Shown: positions 34,127 through 50,830 of the stretch, piece by piece
How the letters are laid out: the number at the start of each line of letters is the position of its first letter
Numbering within the stretch: position 1 is the stretch's first letter
Assembly: GCF_009914755.1 (NCBI RefSeq)
Contig: NC_060931.1
Direction: 5' to 3' (one strand)
DNA length: 64,000 nt
Source: the human T2T-CHM13v2.0 reference genome, Homo sapiens
Notes under the pieces: model-generated
Databases searched by the model: none
Seen by the model: only the letters and a program-made list of their open reading frames with translations
What the model was told of the DNA's origin: nothing
Position numbers and translations under genes: made by a program

Positions 34127-36199
34127 TCAAGCCATTCACCAAGATGGATATGCTGATTACCCTGATCTGATCAGTATGCATTGTATGCATCAAAACATCA
34201 CTATGTACCCCATAAATATGTATAGTTATTATATGTCAATTTTTTAAAAGGTTAAAAAGAGTATGGAAATCAGCAATGTATTACTTAATGTTTCAGAAAG
34301 CTTCCAAGAACTACAATGATATAAACCACATTAATTTTACTCTTAATGTGTCCTTGTTTCAATTTTCATCCCCAAATTGGGACAGAAAAATTTTAGAAGA
34401 AATTTTCATTGTAGTTCTTTTAAATGTTGACAATTTGATTGGTTTTAAATAGTAATTCTGTTGATATAAGTACATATTGTAAGTGATTTCTTTACTGTAT
34501 GGTTACTTGAATGCATATACTTTATTTTTATCACAAGTGGGAGGATCAGCCCACTACTGAAAGCTTATTATGCCACAAAGTCCTAGAAATGGTAGTCAAA
34601 GTAATTATATTTGACTGTGGGTAGCCTTGCTATCTTCAAAGTTGTTTACCTAGTCTAAAGTAATTTCATTCCTGGAAAATAGCATTCAGGCCTAGAATAT
34701 TCAAAATATTGAGAGCCTTTCTTCTGTCTTGAAATTATTTGTGCTGAAAGAATTGTATGTTTGCAGGTAAAAGGATAAAACTTATACTTTTACCTGGACT
34801 TCTGTGTAGGCAAGATATCACCTACTGAGTCTTATTGATGGTTTGATACTACTCATTGTTTGATACACATAATTGCTATTTTTTGAATAAGCACCTTAAT
34901 GATTCTTTTTTGTCAACTAAGCGTCACAGATTTACATCCAGGATGTTATTTTGTGGTTTATTTTGTTGTGTTTTCACCCCATACATTTTTAATACTTTGT
35001 TTTTTACCCAGTGATTATATATTTCTACAAGGAGCAAAATTTCTTTTTGTTGGAAGCCTTTGTTGTCAGTGAATAGACGGGCTAACTTTTTTCCTCTGGC
35101 TCTTTCCCTAGGAAGTGTTATAGCTTCCCAAGTACTAAAGTGCCAAGGACATAGATCTACAGTTTGTCATAGTTTTGATAACCAGTAACAAATGGGAAAA
35201 ATGCCAAATGGCAGCAAGATGGCAAGCAGTAGGTGTGCTCCATTTTTATTGATGTACTTATACATATTCCTGTGCATGGATGAGCTGTACTTTACATTGT
35301 GCTGTTTCATTGAGGAGCACTGAGTCAGCTTGATGGTAAATTGTCTGCAGTACTGCTTCCGTGGCGGAAAATGGCTCCTAGGAATTACAACTTTGGAAGT
35401 ATTTTGCGAGGGTAGCACAAACTTTTTTTTTTTATACTGTGCATTTGTTAAAGTAAGTGGCTCAATATTGATAACCTTTTGCCACCAATCAGAACTTTGT
35501 TCTACTGCTATAAATAGGAGACATTTCACAATGAATTTTTATTCTCCTACCAACCATCTTCTTTTCCAATTAAATTGTAAAAAAAAGTAAAATTCAGAAT
35601 CGTAGGAGTTTCCCTTAGTCTTGTTTTTATGCTATGAAATCCCAATTTGTATATATATGTATTTTTCGTATCTTTAAAATTCTACCTAATGAGGTTATGG
35701 TGCACAGAAGGAATCAGTCTTTCATCACTTCTGTATAGCTACACATAGGAAACTAACTATGAATGACTCTAAGAGCTTATAGGTTGATAAAAAATGTTCC
35801 TATTTTTATTTGCTTTCTCATATTGCAAAGAATGCCAAGAGTTCTCCTGTTGTTTTTAACAAATAGAGTCCCTTAGAAGAACTTGGAGAGAGGCCTGCTT
35901 TTTTCTCACAACACACTGAGAACAGGAATCTGTAAGGTCGGTAGTATTCCCTAACTCCAGTGGGGCTAATTAGATAGGGCCATATTTATCATTAAGTAGC
36001 ATGGATAAGCCCCAAAGGGAAAGAAGATAGATGTTCATAAAAGTGGGGCTGGGGGATGGAGCAGAAGAAAAGGTAGAGTCCTTGAGGGGAATGGTGAGAA
36101 GGTGGAAGGAAAAGGAAATGATAAAAAGAGAAAAATACTTTTAATAGTGTCACTATATATGTTATATACTAAAATAGCTAAATATATGGTAACTTACAT

Positions 36200-36380
36200 G
36201 GCTACCTTTTATGTGCCAAATGGTCTTCTGAATACTTGATGTACATTAATTCATTGCGTCCTCAAAAAAATCATGTGTGACAGGTAATACTTATCTGTAA
36301 AGTCACAAAGCTGATAGGGGATTTGAACCTAGGCACTTCAGCTCCACCGCACTGCCTATGTGCTTAACTACTATGCTAGA
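36200..36380 (-). mobile_element. MIR fragment
   Basis: GTCACAAAGCT..GGGATTTGAACCTAGGC..TGCTTAACTACTATGC. Confidence 0.65.
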
Positions 36381-39300
36381 CTGGTCTTATGGAAGGGGGC
36401 CACCAACGATTCTTTAGATGCCATTAAATGTTGCTGGAGTCAGATTTCTTACATTTACCCCATTGGAACTATATATGACTTTTAGTGCCTGAAAAATATA
36501 TACATTTTAAAGTTAGACAATAGTGAAGAAGCTTGCAGAGCACAACAGGAATGTTTCATTTTTATTATCTTGAAAATGAAAATGGAATTTGTGAGGATAT
36601 CTGACATTTAAATGGTGAAAAACACCTCTTGAAGGACACGTGTCCTATTTGTTTGTAGATATGTACACTCTCTGTTACACTCGTTCATCGTAAGTCACAT
36701 ATTAGTATTCAGCAATCAACACCAAAATTGTATATGCCTTTTTGTGGTCAAAGTTTCATAGGTAGAAACATTAATTGCTAAGCAGGGATCCATATTCATA
36801 TATTTTTCTCCAAAAGAAAAAATACAAAGTATCTTTTATGCCTTCATAGAACTAGCAGTACCAGAGTCCCAAACGTGATATCATTCAGGTAAAAGAGATA
36901 TGTAATCAATAATAACAAAAAATGATAGCTTCTGAAAACATGTAGTTGAATGTGTTTACTTTGATAATAAAAGCACTTGCAAGCAAACATTGGGGGAAAT
37001 AGTTGAAAAAATAAGGATTAGTATTTATTAACTTAAATAAATATAAACATTTATAATATATAAGTATAAATATATAATATATACAAAATATAAATAATAT
37101 ATAACTTTTTTTGTCATGTACCAGGCATTGTATTGAGTGATTTACATGCATTATCTCTCATTATGAGGTAGATACTGTTATACCCATTTGAAGATGAGGA
37201 AACTGAAGTTAATTAACCTGCCTAAGGTTATACAGGTAATAAGTGGTAGAAGTGGGAATAGGATTCTCAAAATGTTAGACATCAACATAAAATAATCTTT
37301 TATAATCTTTACTACTTATTTGACATGTGGTTTCCCATTTATCTCTGTGTTGGAACATACCTAACGTTATTTCTTGGTCTGGCCCAGGTCTCCTCCCTAG
37401 CTAACTTGCAGTTATTTTACATATAATTAAAATAGAGTACAACATGCTGTATTTTTTAAAATAGAAATATTTTATATAAAAATGATTTTTGACTTCTGGC
37501 TATCCTTTACTTTTGATTTTATCATTAGAGTTCCTTTTAAAATAGAAGTTTGTTTTGTTTCCCCCAGGACAGACTGTTCTCTGTAACTTGATTTTGAAAA
37601 TAAAATTGAAAATTTTGTACCATGATCCAGAAATATCAGCGGTTCTAACTGGAAAGAGAAGGAATAAAGAACGTAAATCATTCTCCCCTACCCCTAAATA
37701 TGCTTGTTATTTGTGTTGAAGAGATTTTCAGAATCATGTATCAGCGAGGTTAAATGAACATTTTTCTTCTCCTTTTTAAAATTTAATTTTGTACTAGGGG
37801 ATTTTAGCACTTAGCAATAATTGCCCTTTTGTTGCATTTTTTGTCTCAAGTAAAGATTGTTAGATAACTCTTTGAAGATGAGAAATCGATGGTGCTTTTC
37901 TGCAGATAGGCCTTGAGAGCTCACATTTTGCAAGTGATTTTAAAATTTTCTAGCTGAGGCAGAACTCCTGGTTGAGTTGTGTGAGACCACTTATTCTGCT
38001 TCACACTGCCCCATGTCTCTAGCTTTTACCTCTAGTTGGTCAATTTCTATTCTGCTTTATTTTTTTTTTTTCAATTTGCCTTTTAAGTAGGTTTGTTTCG
38101 GAGGAATTGCCTTCATTTCCTCCACTAGTGAGGTTAGGGGATTTGAACCTAGGCACTTCAAGGTTAGGATGAGGTTAGGATGTTGGGGGTCAGGCTGGTA
38201 CACACAATTTGCTGGTATACACAATTTGGTCATTGCTCAAGCTTTTTTCTCTGTGTGGTTTTCTTTCTTTGGATTAAACAGCATGATGCTACAGGAAGAG
38301 CTACCACTTGACAGAACCTGGTTCTGCAGATTTCTTTGATTTCCCTAGTGGATTTTTAATGCCTTTGGGATATCCTGTTAGTGTTCTGTTGAGGAACTCA
38401 GCTGTGGCTCCTCAGCAGGCATAAGTGGCAGTTGAGGCTACACATAGCTTGGTGGTATTAATCTAAAGTAGGCTGGGGAGGGAGCGAGGCGAGCAGTTAC
38501 CTGAGGAATGATCTAGGATCATCAGATATGGTCAGGAACAGGCTGTAGGTAAAAGGGTGGTGGCAGGTGAGGCTCAGGGAAATCAGAGAGCAAATGATCA
38601 AGAGAAGATACTAGGCTGGTCAGGTCAGTATCCTTCTGGCTCAACTAGAAAGAGCTACCTGAAAGAGTCTGAAGCACTTTCTGAGTTTCTGGCTCCACCC
38701 TTGATCTGTGTCTTAGGTCTTTAAAGGGAAACTTGTGTTTTTTTTTTTTTGTTTTTTTTTTTTTAGTCAGTCTTGTTCTCATCCACACATGAGCTTTAAG
38801 TATTCGGTTCCTCCTCCTTCCTTCTTCTTCCTTCCTATTCTATGTGTGTGTGTTTTTTTCTTTTTCTTTTTATTATTTCTTCCTCCTCTTTCTTTACCTT
38901 CTTGTCTTTCACCTCTTTCTTCTTCTTCTTGGTCTTTGTAAAGGTCTGCAGGCTAGTGAGAGAATGCTTTAAGGGGCTTCACACTTCTCCCCATTTTACA
39001 GTTTAGACTTTAGACACTGTGCCTTGCATGGATCAGGAGATGAGACCATTAAATATTGATTTCCTAATTTATGCAGGAGTTTTTCATACTCTAAAAAATC
39101 AGTTTGTACAAAATGAGCAACATCTTATTTTGAATAGCATGTGGTATGTGTTAAATAAATGTATGTTGTGTAAATGAAGAGTCCCTAAGTTAGAATTTGG
39201 AAAATTCGTTCTTACTGAGATGGATAATTTTGGTGTCAGTCATGGTTTGCCATAGATTGTGAATTTTCAAGGTTGGTATTAGCTGCAGCTTACAAATAGT

Positions 39301-39409
39301 TAGGAATGCTTTCATGTGCCTTCCAGAAAAACTTTAAGTAAGTGTTTAATAAGGATAGGATTTTGAAAAACAGATATATTTACAAATTTGCCAGTATGCT
39401 GAAGAATGA

Positions 39410-39731
<322 letters not shown>

Positions 39732-39809
39732 TGAAGCCATTATGTCTTAGGAAGAACTTTATTGACTTTGGTAGAAACCTTAACATCATCAAAGATGATG
39801 AAAGTTTTG

Positions 39810-41148
39810 GATGTATATCCAGTAATAGACTGCTGGATTGAATGGTAGTTCTGTTGTAAGTTCTTTGAGAAATTTCCAAATTGCTTTCCACAGTGGCTGA
39901 ATAAGTTCATTCCCACCAAGAGTGTGTAAGTGTTCCCTTTTCTCCTTACCCTCATCAGCATCTGTTTTTTTGACTTTTTAATAATAGCCATTCTGACTGA
40001 TGTGAGATGGTATCTCATTGTGGTTTTGATTTGCATTTCTCTGATGATTAGTGATGTTGAGCATTTTTTTTACTTGTTTGTTGGCTGCTTGTATGTCTGC
40101 TTTTGAGGAGTGTCTATGTCTTTTGCCTATGTTTTATTGGGATTATTTATTTTTTGCTTGTTGAATTAAGTTCCTTATAGATTCTGGATATTACACTTTC
40201 ATTGGATGCATAGTTTGCTAATATTTTGTTGAATTCTGTAAGTTATCTGTTTACTCTGTTGATAGTTTCTTTTGCTGTGCAGAAGCTCTTGAGTTTAATT
40301 ATGTCCTACTTGACAATTTTGTTTTTGTTGCAATTGCTTTGAGGACTCGGTCATAAATTCTTTCTCAAGGCCGATTTCCAGAATGGTGTTCTCTAGGTAT
40401 TCTTCTAAGATTCTTATAGTTTGAAGCATCTTGAGTTAATTTTTATATATGGTGAAAGTTAGGGGTCCAGTTTCATTCTTCCGCATATAACTAGCCAGCT
40501 ATCCCAGCATTGTTTATTGAAGAGGGAGTTCTTTCCCCATGGCTTATTTTTGCCCACTTTGTTGAAGATCAGATGGCTGGAGGTATGCAGCTTTGTTTCT
40601 GGGCTCTCTATTGTGTTCCACTGGTCTATGTATAGCCAAAAGAAAATAAATCATTCTACCAAAAAGACACATGCACTCATGTTCATTGCACTATTCATAA
40701 CAGCAAAGTCAGGGAATCAACCTAGGTGCTCATTCATGGTGGACTGGGTAAAGAAAATGTGGTACATATATACCATGGAATACTATGCAGCCTTAAAAAT
40801 AATGATATTATATCCTTTGCAGCCACACAGATGTGGCGGGAGGCCATTATATTAAGTGAATTAATACAGGAACAGAAAACCAAATACTGTATATTCTCAC
40901 ATATAAGTGGGAGCTAAACATTGGATACTCATGGACATCAAAATGGCAATGGTAGATACTGGGGACTAAGAGAGAGGAAGGGAAGGAGAGGGGCAAGGGT
41001 TGAAAAACTAACTGCTGGGTACTATGCTCAGCATCTGCGTGATAGGATCATTCATATCCCAAATCTCAGCATCACTCAATATACCAATGTAACAAACCTG
41101 CACATGTATCCCTTGAATCTAAAATAAAAGTTGAAATTATAAAAAAAA
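39810..41148 (+). mobile_element. 5'-inverted (twin-primed) L1, L1PA15/16-like: 39810-40632 (-) and 40633-41148 (+)
   Basis: The two pieces are contiguous in L1 coordinates but on opposite strands; TSD AAAGAT(G/T)ATGAAAG(T/C)TTTG at 39791-39809 and 41146-41164. Confidence 0.88.
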
Positions 41149-44100
41149 GATTATGAAAGCTTTGATTCAGGGCTACAAAAATGTTCTCACTTTTTATGAT
41201 CCTGTATAGCTGGTTTAGCTGTAAATAGTACATAGCTTTTTTTCTGAATTATTTCCTCGTGAAAGTACCTTCTAACTTGGACAGATATTGAGTGATAAGA
41301 AGATAGGGGAAATTCAAGAAGTGTTCATTCCTGTCACCAAAGGTGAAGCCATTCTGGCTAGGTAAGTTACTAGAGGTAAGACTATGTCAAACCACAGTGT
41401 ATAGCAGTTTTCATTGACTCTCAGAATCCTCTAAAGTAAAAAAAAAAAAAGTGGTGGGGAGAGGATATTGGTGCCGAGATACTAAGAATTTTCACTTAAT
41501 TTAATTTCTGAGACAAGTTTAGCATGATGTTCTTATAGTTCTTAATAATCTTGAATAGACAATGTTCTCTCATAGTTAACGAGGGAAAAGTACTATTTAT
41601 TCATAATCAATTTAATATGACATCTACTTGCGGTCTTTGATGAGTGTTTTGGGTGTTTTCTTAAGTGTTCTGATTATGAAATGATGAACTTTGCAGTTAT
41701 TGTAGGGTTATGGAATAAAAATTATTTTAATTTAATTACACGCAATAACATGGAATGAAGGCATGGACCCTCATCTTCATTTGTATTTCTTTCCATCGTT
41801 GAGCACAGACAGAGCCTTGTACATAACAGGTGCTCAACAAGCAAATATTGACTGAATGAAATTGTTGATGCCATGACTTATAGAGGGCCCTGTTTCTTCA
41901 TTAATGCTCCCATACCCCCAACATTACATCAGGTTTTCCCTGGACAATTGTTTCTTCTCTCTTTTCTTCTTCTCTTTCTTTCATCATCCCTCAATATAGG
42001 CTCTGTCACTTTCCTGCAGCCTCTTTCCATTTTCCTGTGTACATAGCTTTGCTCTTTTCTCATTCGGTATGACCCTTGGTTTATTTTGTATTTCCCCCCA
42101 CTCTATTTCTGCCAAGCGTCTCTTTCTCTATGCAACTAAAGTAAAAACAAGTCTCTGAAAGGTTATTTACATTCAGTGTTGGGAACCATCCCTGTAGCAC
42201 ATTGCTGGACTTATTTTGGGATTTAGAAAATGTGTTATAATTCAACACGCTTTCCATTTTACTACTTACTTGTAAACCTATATTTTGTGAGGTTTTTCTT
42301 TTTTTCCATTCATTTGTTTCTGTTGTGCCCCTTGAATTGCTCCTCATTCATTCTCCTCTGTGGATGTGGATTTTAATGTCCCTTCTGCCCTTTATTGCTG
42401 GAATAATCTCCTTCCTAAAATCATTTTCCTAGTTCTCACTGCTCATAATCCCCTGGATTTAAGCTTTAAATTATATGCTTAGTTTACCCTCTACATTTGC
42501 TGATCATGTCATTTTTCAAAGTCTTTGACAGTAATCCATTGCTACAGGATAGGGATCCATTGCTACATTGCTACAGGATTCATATTCAGTATAAAGGAAT
42601 GACCAGGCATTTTTATAGGTATTCTAAAAGTAAAATTTGCCTCATAGGCTTGGCATAAAGTTGTGCATGCTTATGTGTCCATTAAGGAGGGGATTGGGGC
42701 GCCGATAACTTGGGTGTTAGTAGAAGGTGTTCTTATGAAACAGATTGTAATGTTGGGCTCACAATTGGTTATTCATATTCACTATTGTTTGTGCACTGCT
42801 TAGCACTGTGCCTGACACACAGTTGGTGCTCAGTAAATATTTATGGTCTACTTTTGTTTCAATTTTCTTTCACCAAAAATGCAGGAAAAAAGTTCTGTGA
42901 CCATTTGTTAGTGATTGTATGTACTTTTGAGATAGTTCCAAGAGTTACAATATTTATTTTCTCTGGATTATGTAATGCTTTCGTTGGGATGGCATGGAGA
43001 GGATCGTGGACCTCATTCTACTTTTATGGCTAAAGCCCTAAATTCTTTCCTCCTCTTCCTGCACTTATACCCCTCCTGGCCCAGCAGAGCCAGGGCCTGT
43101 GTTGGTATGGCCGGGCTCTCAAGGTGAGTGTTTGAATTGAAGTAGCTGTCCCTCTTGCTTCAAATCTGAGTCAGGATTTATTAGGAAAGGCAAAGCCTAT
43201 TAGGAAAGGCAGGGCCATGATGACGAGGGGAGGGAGACAGCCAAATAAAATGACAGGAACTTGGACAATGATTGGCATACTGACGTTCTACCACATAAAG
43301 TCTCCTTGCTGTCTTGAGGCCACTATAATCACTGTGACAAAATCATTCATGTCACTTTATAGCCCTGTCTTTTCCAACAAAAATAAATTCAAGCTATTTA
43401 ACCTTTTTGTGTGACTTTATTCACCAGACTTTGTCATTCGCTGCCTGGAGCTGCATTTTCTTTAAGACAATGATGTATGTCTTCTGAGAGAGTGACATCT
43501 ACTATTTCTGATGGATTTGAATTCATATGGCATATTCAGCCAAGGATTTCCCTTACTATTTATTTTTAGGGTTTGATTTTTTTAAACTATGGTTTTGAAC
43601 TAAGGACAACAACCTTTTTTTTTTCCTATAGCTAAGCCCCAGATATTTTGTCTAAAAATTAAAAATAAATTTCTAGTTTTTATCTTACTTTTATGGACTA
43701 ACAACCTAATCTAAAATATTCATATTATTTAATATGGATTAATTATGTTAATATAAATTTATATGTAAATATAAAATATAGATAATAAAATATGTAAGTT
43801 TAAACGTCTATTATATAAATTATAACATTGATTAATATGTTAATATAAAATATTTATATTCTTTTATAACTTTTTTATTTCTTAGGAGGTGGATGTTACC
43901 CATACTCCATGAAATCTTCATGCCTCTAAAAGATCTTCATATACTAGTTTAAATCAGAAAAATATACCAGTAGAGAACAGGCACATTAGTATAATTAGCT
44001 TCAAGAATTTATATCTCAGTGTAAAAGGAGGCTGTGAAAGTAGCTTTGTAATGTTTCTTTTTTTATTATTATTATACTTTAAGTTTTAGGGTACATGTGC

Positions 44101-44275
44101 ACAATGTGCAGGTTAGTTACATATGTATACATGTGCCATGCTGGTGTGCTGCACCCATTAACACGTCATTTAGCATTAGGTATATCTCCTAATGCTATCC
44201 CTCCCCCCTCCCCCCACCCCACAACAGTCACCAGAGTGTGATGTTCCCCTTCCTGTGTCCATGTATTCTCATTGT

Positions 44276-48103
<3,828 letters not shown>

Positions 48104-48166
48104 TATGATGTTAGCTGGTTATTTTGCTCGTTAGTTGATGCAGTTTCTTCCTAGTCTCGATGGTCT

Positions 48167-49174
48167 TTACATTTTGGCATGATTTTGCAGTGGCTTGTAC
48201 CCGTTGTGCCTTTCCATGTTTAGTGCTTCCTTTAGGAGCTCTTTTAGGGCAGGCCTGGTGGTGACAAAATCTCTCAGCATTTGCTTGTCTGTAAAGTATT
48301 TTATTTCTCCTTCACTTATGAAGCTTACTTTGGCTGGATATGAAACTCTGGGTTGAAAATTCTTATTTTTAAGAATGTTGAATAGTGGCCCCCACTCTCT
48401 TCTGGCTTGTAGAGTTTCTGCTGAGAGATCTGCTGTTAGTCTGATGGGCTTCCCTTTGTGGGTAACCCGACCTTTCTCTTTTGCTGCCCTTAACATTTTT
48501 TCCTTCATTTCAACTTTGGTGAATCTGACAATTATGTGTCTTGGAGTTGCTCTTCTCGAGGAGTATCTTTGTGGCATTCTCTGTATTTCCTGAATCTGAA
48601 TGTTGGCCTGCCTTGCTAGATTGGGGAAGTTCTCCTGGATAATATCCTGCAGAGTGTTTTCCAACTTGGTTCCATTCTCCCCATCACTTTCAGGTACACC
48701 AATCAGACGCAGATTTGGTCTTCTCACATAGTCCCATATTTCTTGGAGGCTTTGCTCATTTCTTTTTATTCTTTTTTCTCTAAACTTGTTTCATTTCATT
48801 CATTTCATCTTCCATCACTGATACCCTTTCTTCCAGTTGATCGCATCGGCTCCTGAGGCTTCTGCATTCTTCACGTAGTTCTCGAGCCTTGGCTTTCAGC
48901 TCCATCAGCTCCTTTAAGCACTTCTCTGTATTGGTTATTCTAGTTATACATTTGTCTAAATTTTTTTCAAAGTTTTCAACTTCTTTGCCTTTGATTTGAA
49001 TTTCCTCCTATAGCTCGGAGTAATTTGATCATCTGAAGCCTTCTTCTCTCAACTCGTCAAAGTCATTCTCCATCCAGCTTTGTTCCGTTGCTGGTGAGGA
49101 ACTGCGTTCCTTTGGAGGAGGAGAGGCACTCTGCTTTTTAGAGTTTCCATTTTTCTGCTCTGTTTTTTCCCCAT
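48167..49174 (-). pseudogene. L1 ORF1, disrupted
   Basis: ATGGGGAAAAAACAG start at 49174 with an apparent early 1-nt deletion; C-terminal 186 aa open (RPNLRLIGVPESDGENGTKLENTLQ). Confidence 0.9.
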
Positions 49175-49747
49175 TTTTGTGGTTTTATCTACTTTTGGTC
49201 TTTGATGATGGTGATGTACAGATGGGTTTTTGGTGTGGATGTTCTTTCTGTTTGTTAGTTTTCCTTCTAACAGACAGGACCCTCAGCTGCAGGTCTGTTG
49301 GAGTTTGCTAGAGGTCCACTGCAGACCCTGTTTGCCTGGATATCAGCAGCGGTGTCTGCAGAACCGCAGATTTTTGTGATCCGCACGTGCTGCTGTCTGA
49401 TCGTTCCTCTGGAAGTTTTGTCTCAGAGGAGTACCCGGCCGTGTGAGGTGTCAGTCTGCCCCTACTGGGGGGTGCCTCCCAGTTAGGCTGCTCAGGGGTC
49501 AGGAGTCACACTTGAGGAGGCAGTCTGCCCGTTCTCAGATCTCCAGCTGCGTGCTGGGAGAACCACTGCTCTCCTCAAAGTTGTCAGACAGGGACATTTA
49601 AGTCTGCAGAGGTTACTGCTGTCTTTTTGTTTGTGCCCTGCCCCCAGAGGTGTAGCCTATAGAGGCAGGCAGGCCTCCTTGAGCTGTGGTGGGGTCCACC
49701 CAGTTCGAGCTTCCTGGCTGCTTCGTTTACCTAAGCGAGCCTGGGCA

Positions 49748-50224
49748 ATGGTGGGCGCCCCTCCCCCAGCCTCGCTGCTGCCTTGCAGTTTGATCTCAGA
49801 CTGCTGTGCTAGCAATCAGGGAGACTCCATGGGCGTAGGACCCTCTGAGCCAGGTGCGGGATATAATCTCCTGGTGCGCCGTTTCCTAAGCCCATCGGAA
49901 AAGCGCAGTATTCGGGTGGGAGTGGCCCGATTTTCTACGTGCCGTCTGTCACCCCTTTCCTTGACCAGGAAAGGGAACTCCCTGACCCCTTGCGCTTCCC
50001 GAGTGAGGCAATGCCTCACCCTGCTTCGGCTGGCGCACAGTGTGCTGCATCCACTGTCCTGCACCCACTGGCTGGCACTCCCTAGTGAGATGAACCCGGT
50101 ACCTCAGATGGAAATGCAGAAATCACCCGTCTTCTGCATCACTCACGCTGGGAGCTGTAGACCGGAGCTGTTCCTATTTGGCCATCTTGGCTCCTCCTCT
50201 GAAAGTAGCTTTAAGACCAGATGA
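49748..50224 (+). CDS. L1 ORF0 (antisense ORF), extended to 158 aa
   Basis: GCAATGG strong Kozak; MVGAPPPASLLPCSLISDCCASNQGDSMGVGPSEPG matches ORF0; frame stays open past the L1 5' end. Expression is unproven. Confidence 0.5.
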   Translation: MVGAPPPASLLPCSLISDCCASNQGDSMGVGPSEPGAGYNLLVRRFLSPSEKRSIRVGVARFSTCRLSPLSLTRKGNSLTPCASRVRQCLTLLRLAHSVLHPLSCTHWLALPSEMNPVPQMEMQKSPVFCITHAGSCRPELFLFGHLGSSSESSFKTR

Positions 50225-50354
50225 AAAAGTGAGGACTTGTGGTGGAGAGGAGACCCTACATTAAAAGATAAAGATCAAATACAGCTGTTGTGACTTTAGC
50301 TAACCTAATGTAATCCCAGGAACAAAATAGTTCCTATCTTACTTATATGTATTT

Positions 50355-50830
50355 TTATAAGAGTTTTATTGAGATATAATTCACACAGTATAGAATTAAC
50401 CCATTTAAAAATGGTATACGATTGAGTTTTTGGTGTATTTAGAGAACTGTGCAGCGATCACCACTGTCAATTTTGAAACCTTTTCATCACTTCAAAAAGA
50501 AACCTTATGCCCATTTTCCCTAACTGCCTCCCACCCTCAGCCTGGGCACCCACTGATCTACTTTCTGTCTCTACAGATTTACTTACTCTTGAGCTTTCAT
50601 ATAAATGGAATCGTACACTATCCAGTCTTTTGTGACTGGCTTTTTTCACTTATCATAATGTTTTCCAGTTTCATTCATGTTGTAGCATGTATCAGTATTT
50701 CATTCGTGAGTAGTGTTTCATTATCAATCCATTCATTTTGATGGACATTTGAGTTATTTCCATTCTTTGGCTATTTAAAATAATGGTGCCGTGAACATGT
50801 GTGTAAAAAATTTTTGTGTGGACATGTGGA
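50355..50830 (-). mobile_element. L1MB 3' end fragment
   Basis: TTTATTGAGATATAATTCACA...TTTTGTGTGGACAT. Confidence 0.8.

Noticed and set aside
43720-43880. AT-rich quasi-palindromic block (also 37030-37110)
   Set aside because: Low-complexity sequence; apparent repeats are expected by composition.
44048-44056. Possible 3' transduction (CATTAC between the A tail and the TSD)
   Set aside because: Too short to distinguish from tail decay.
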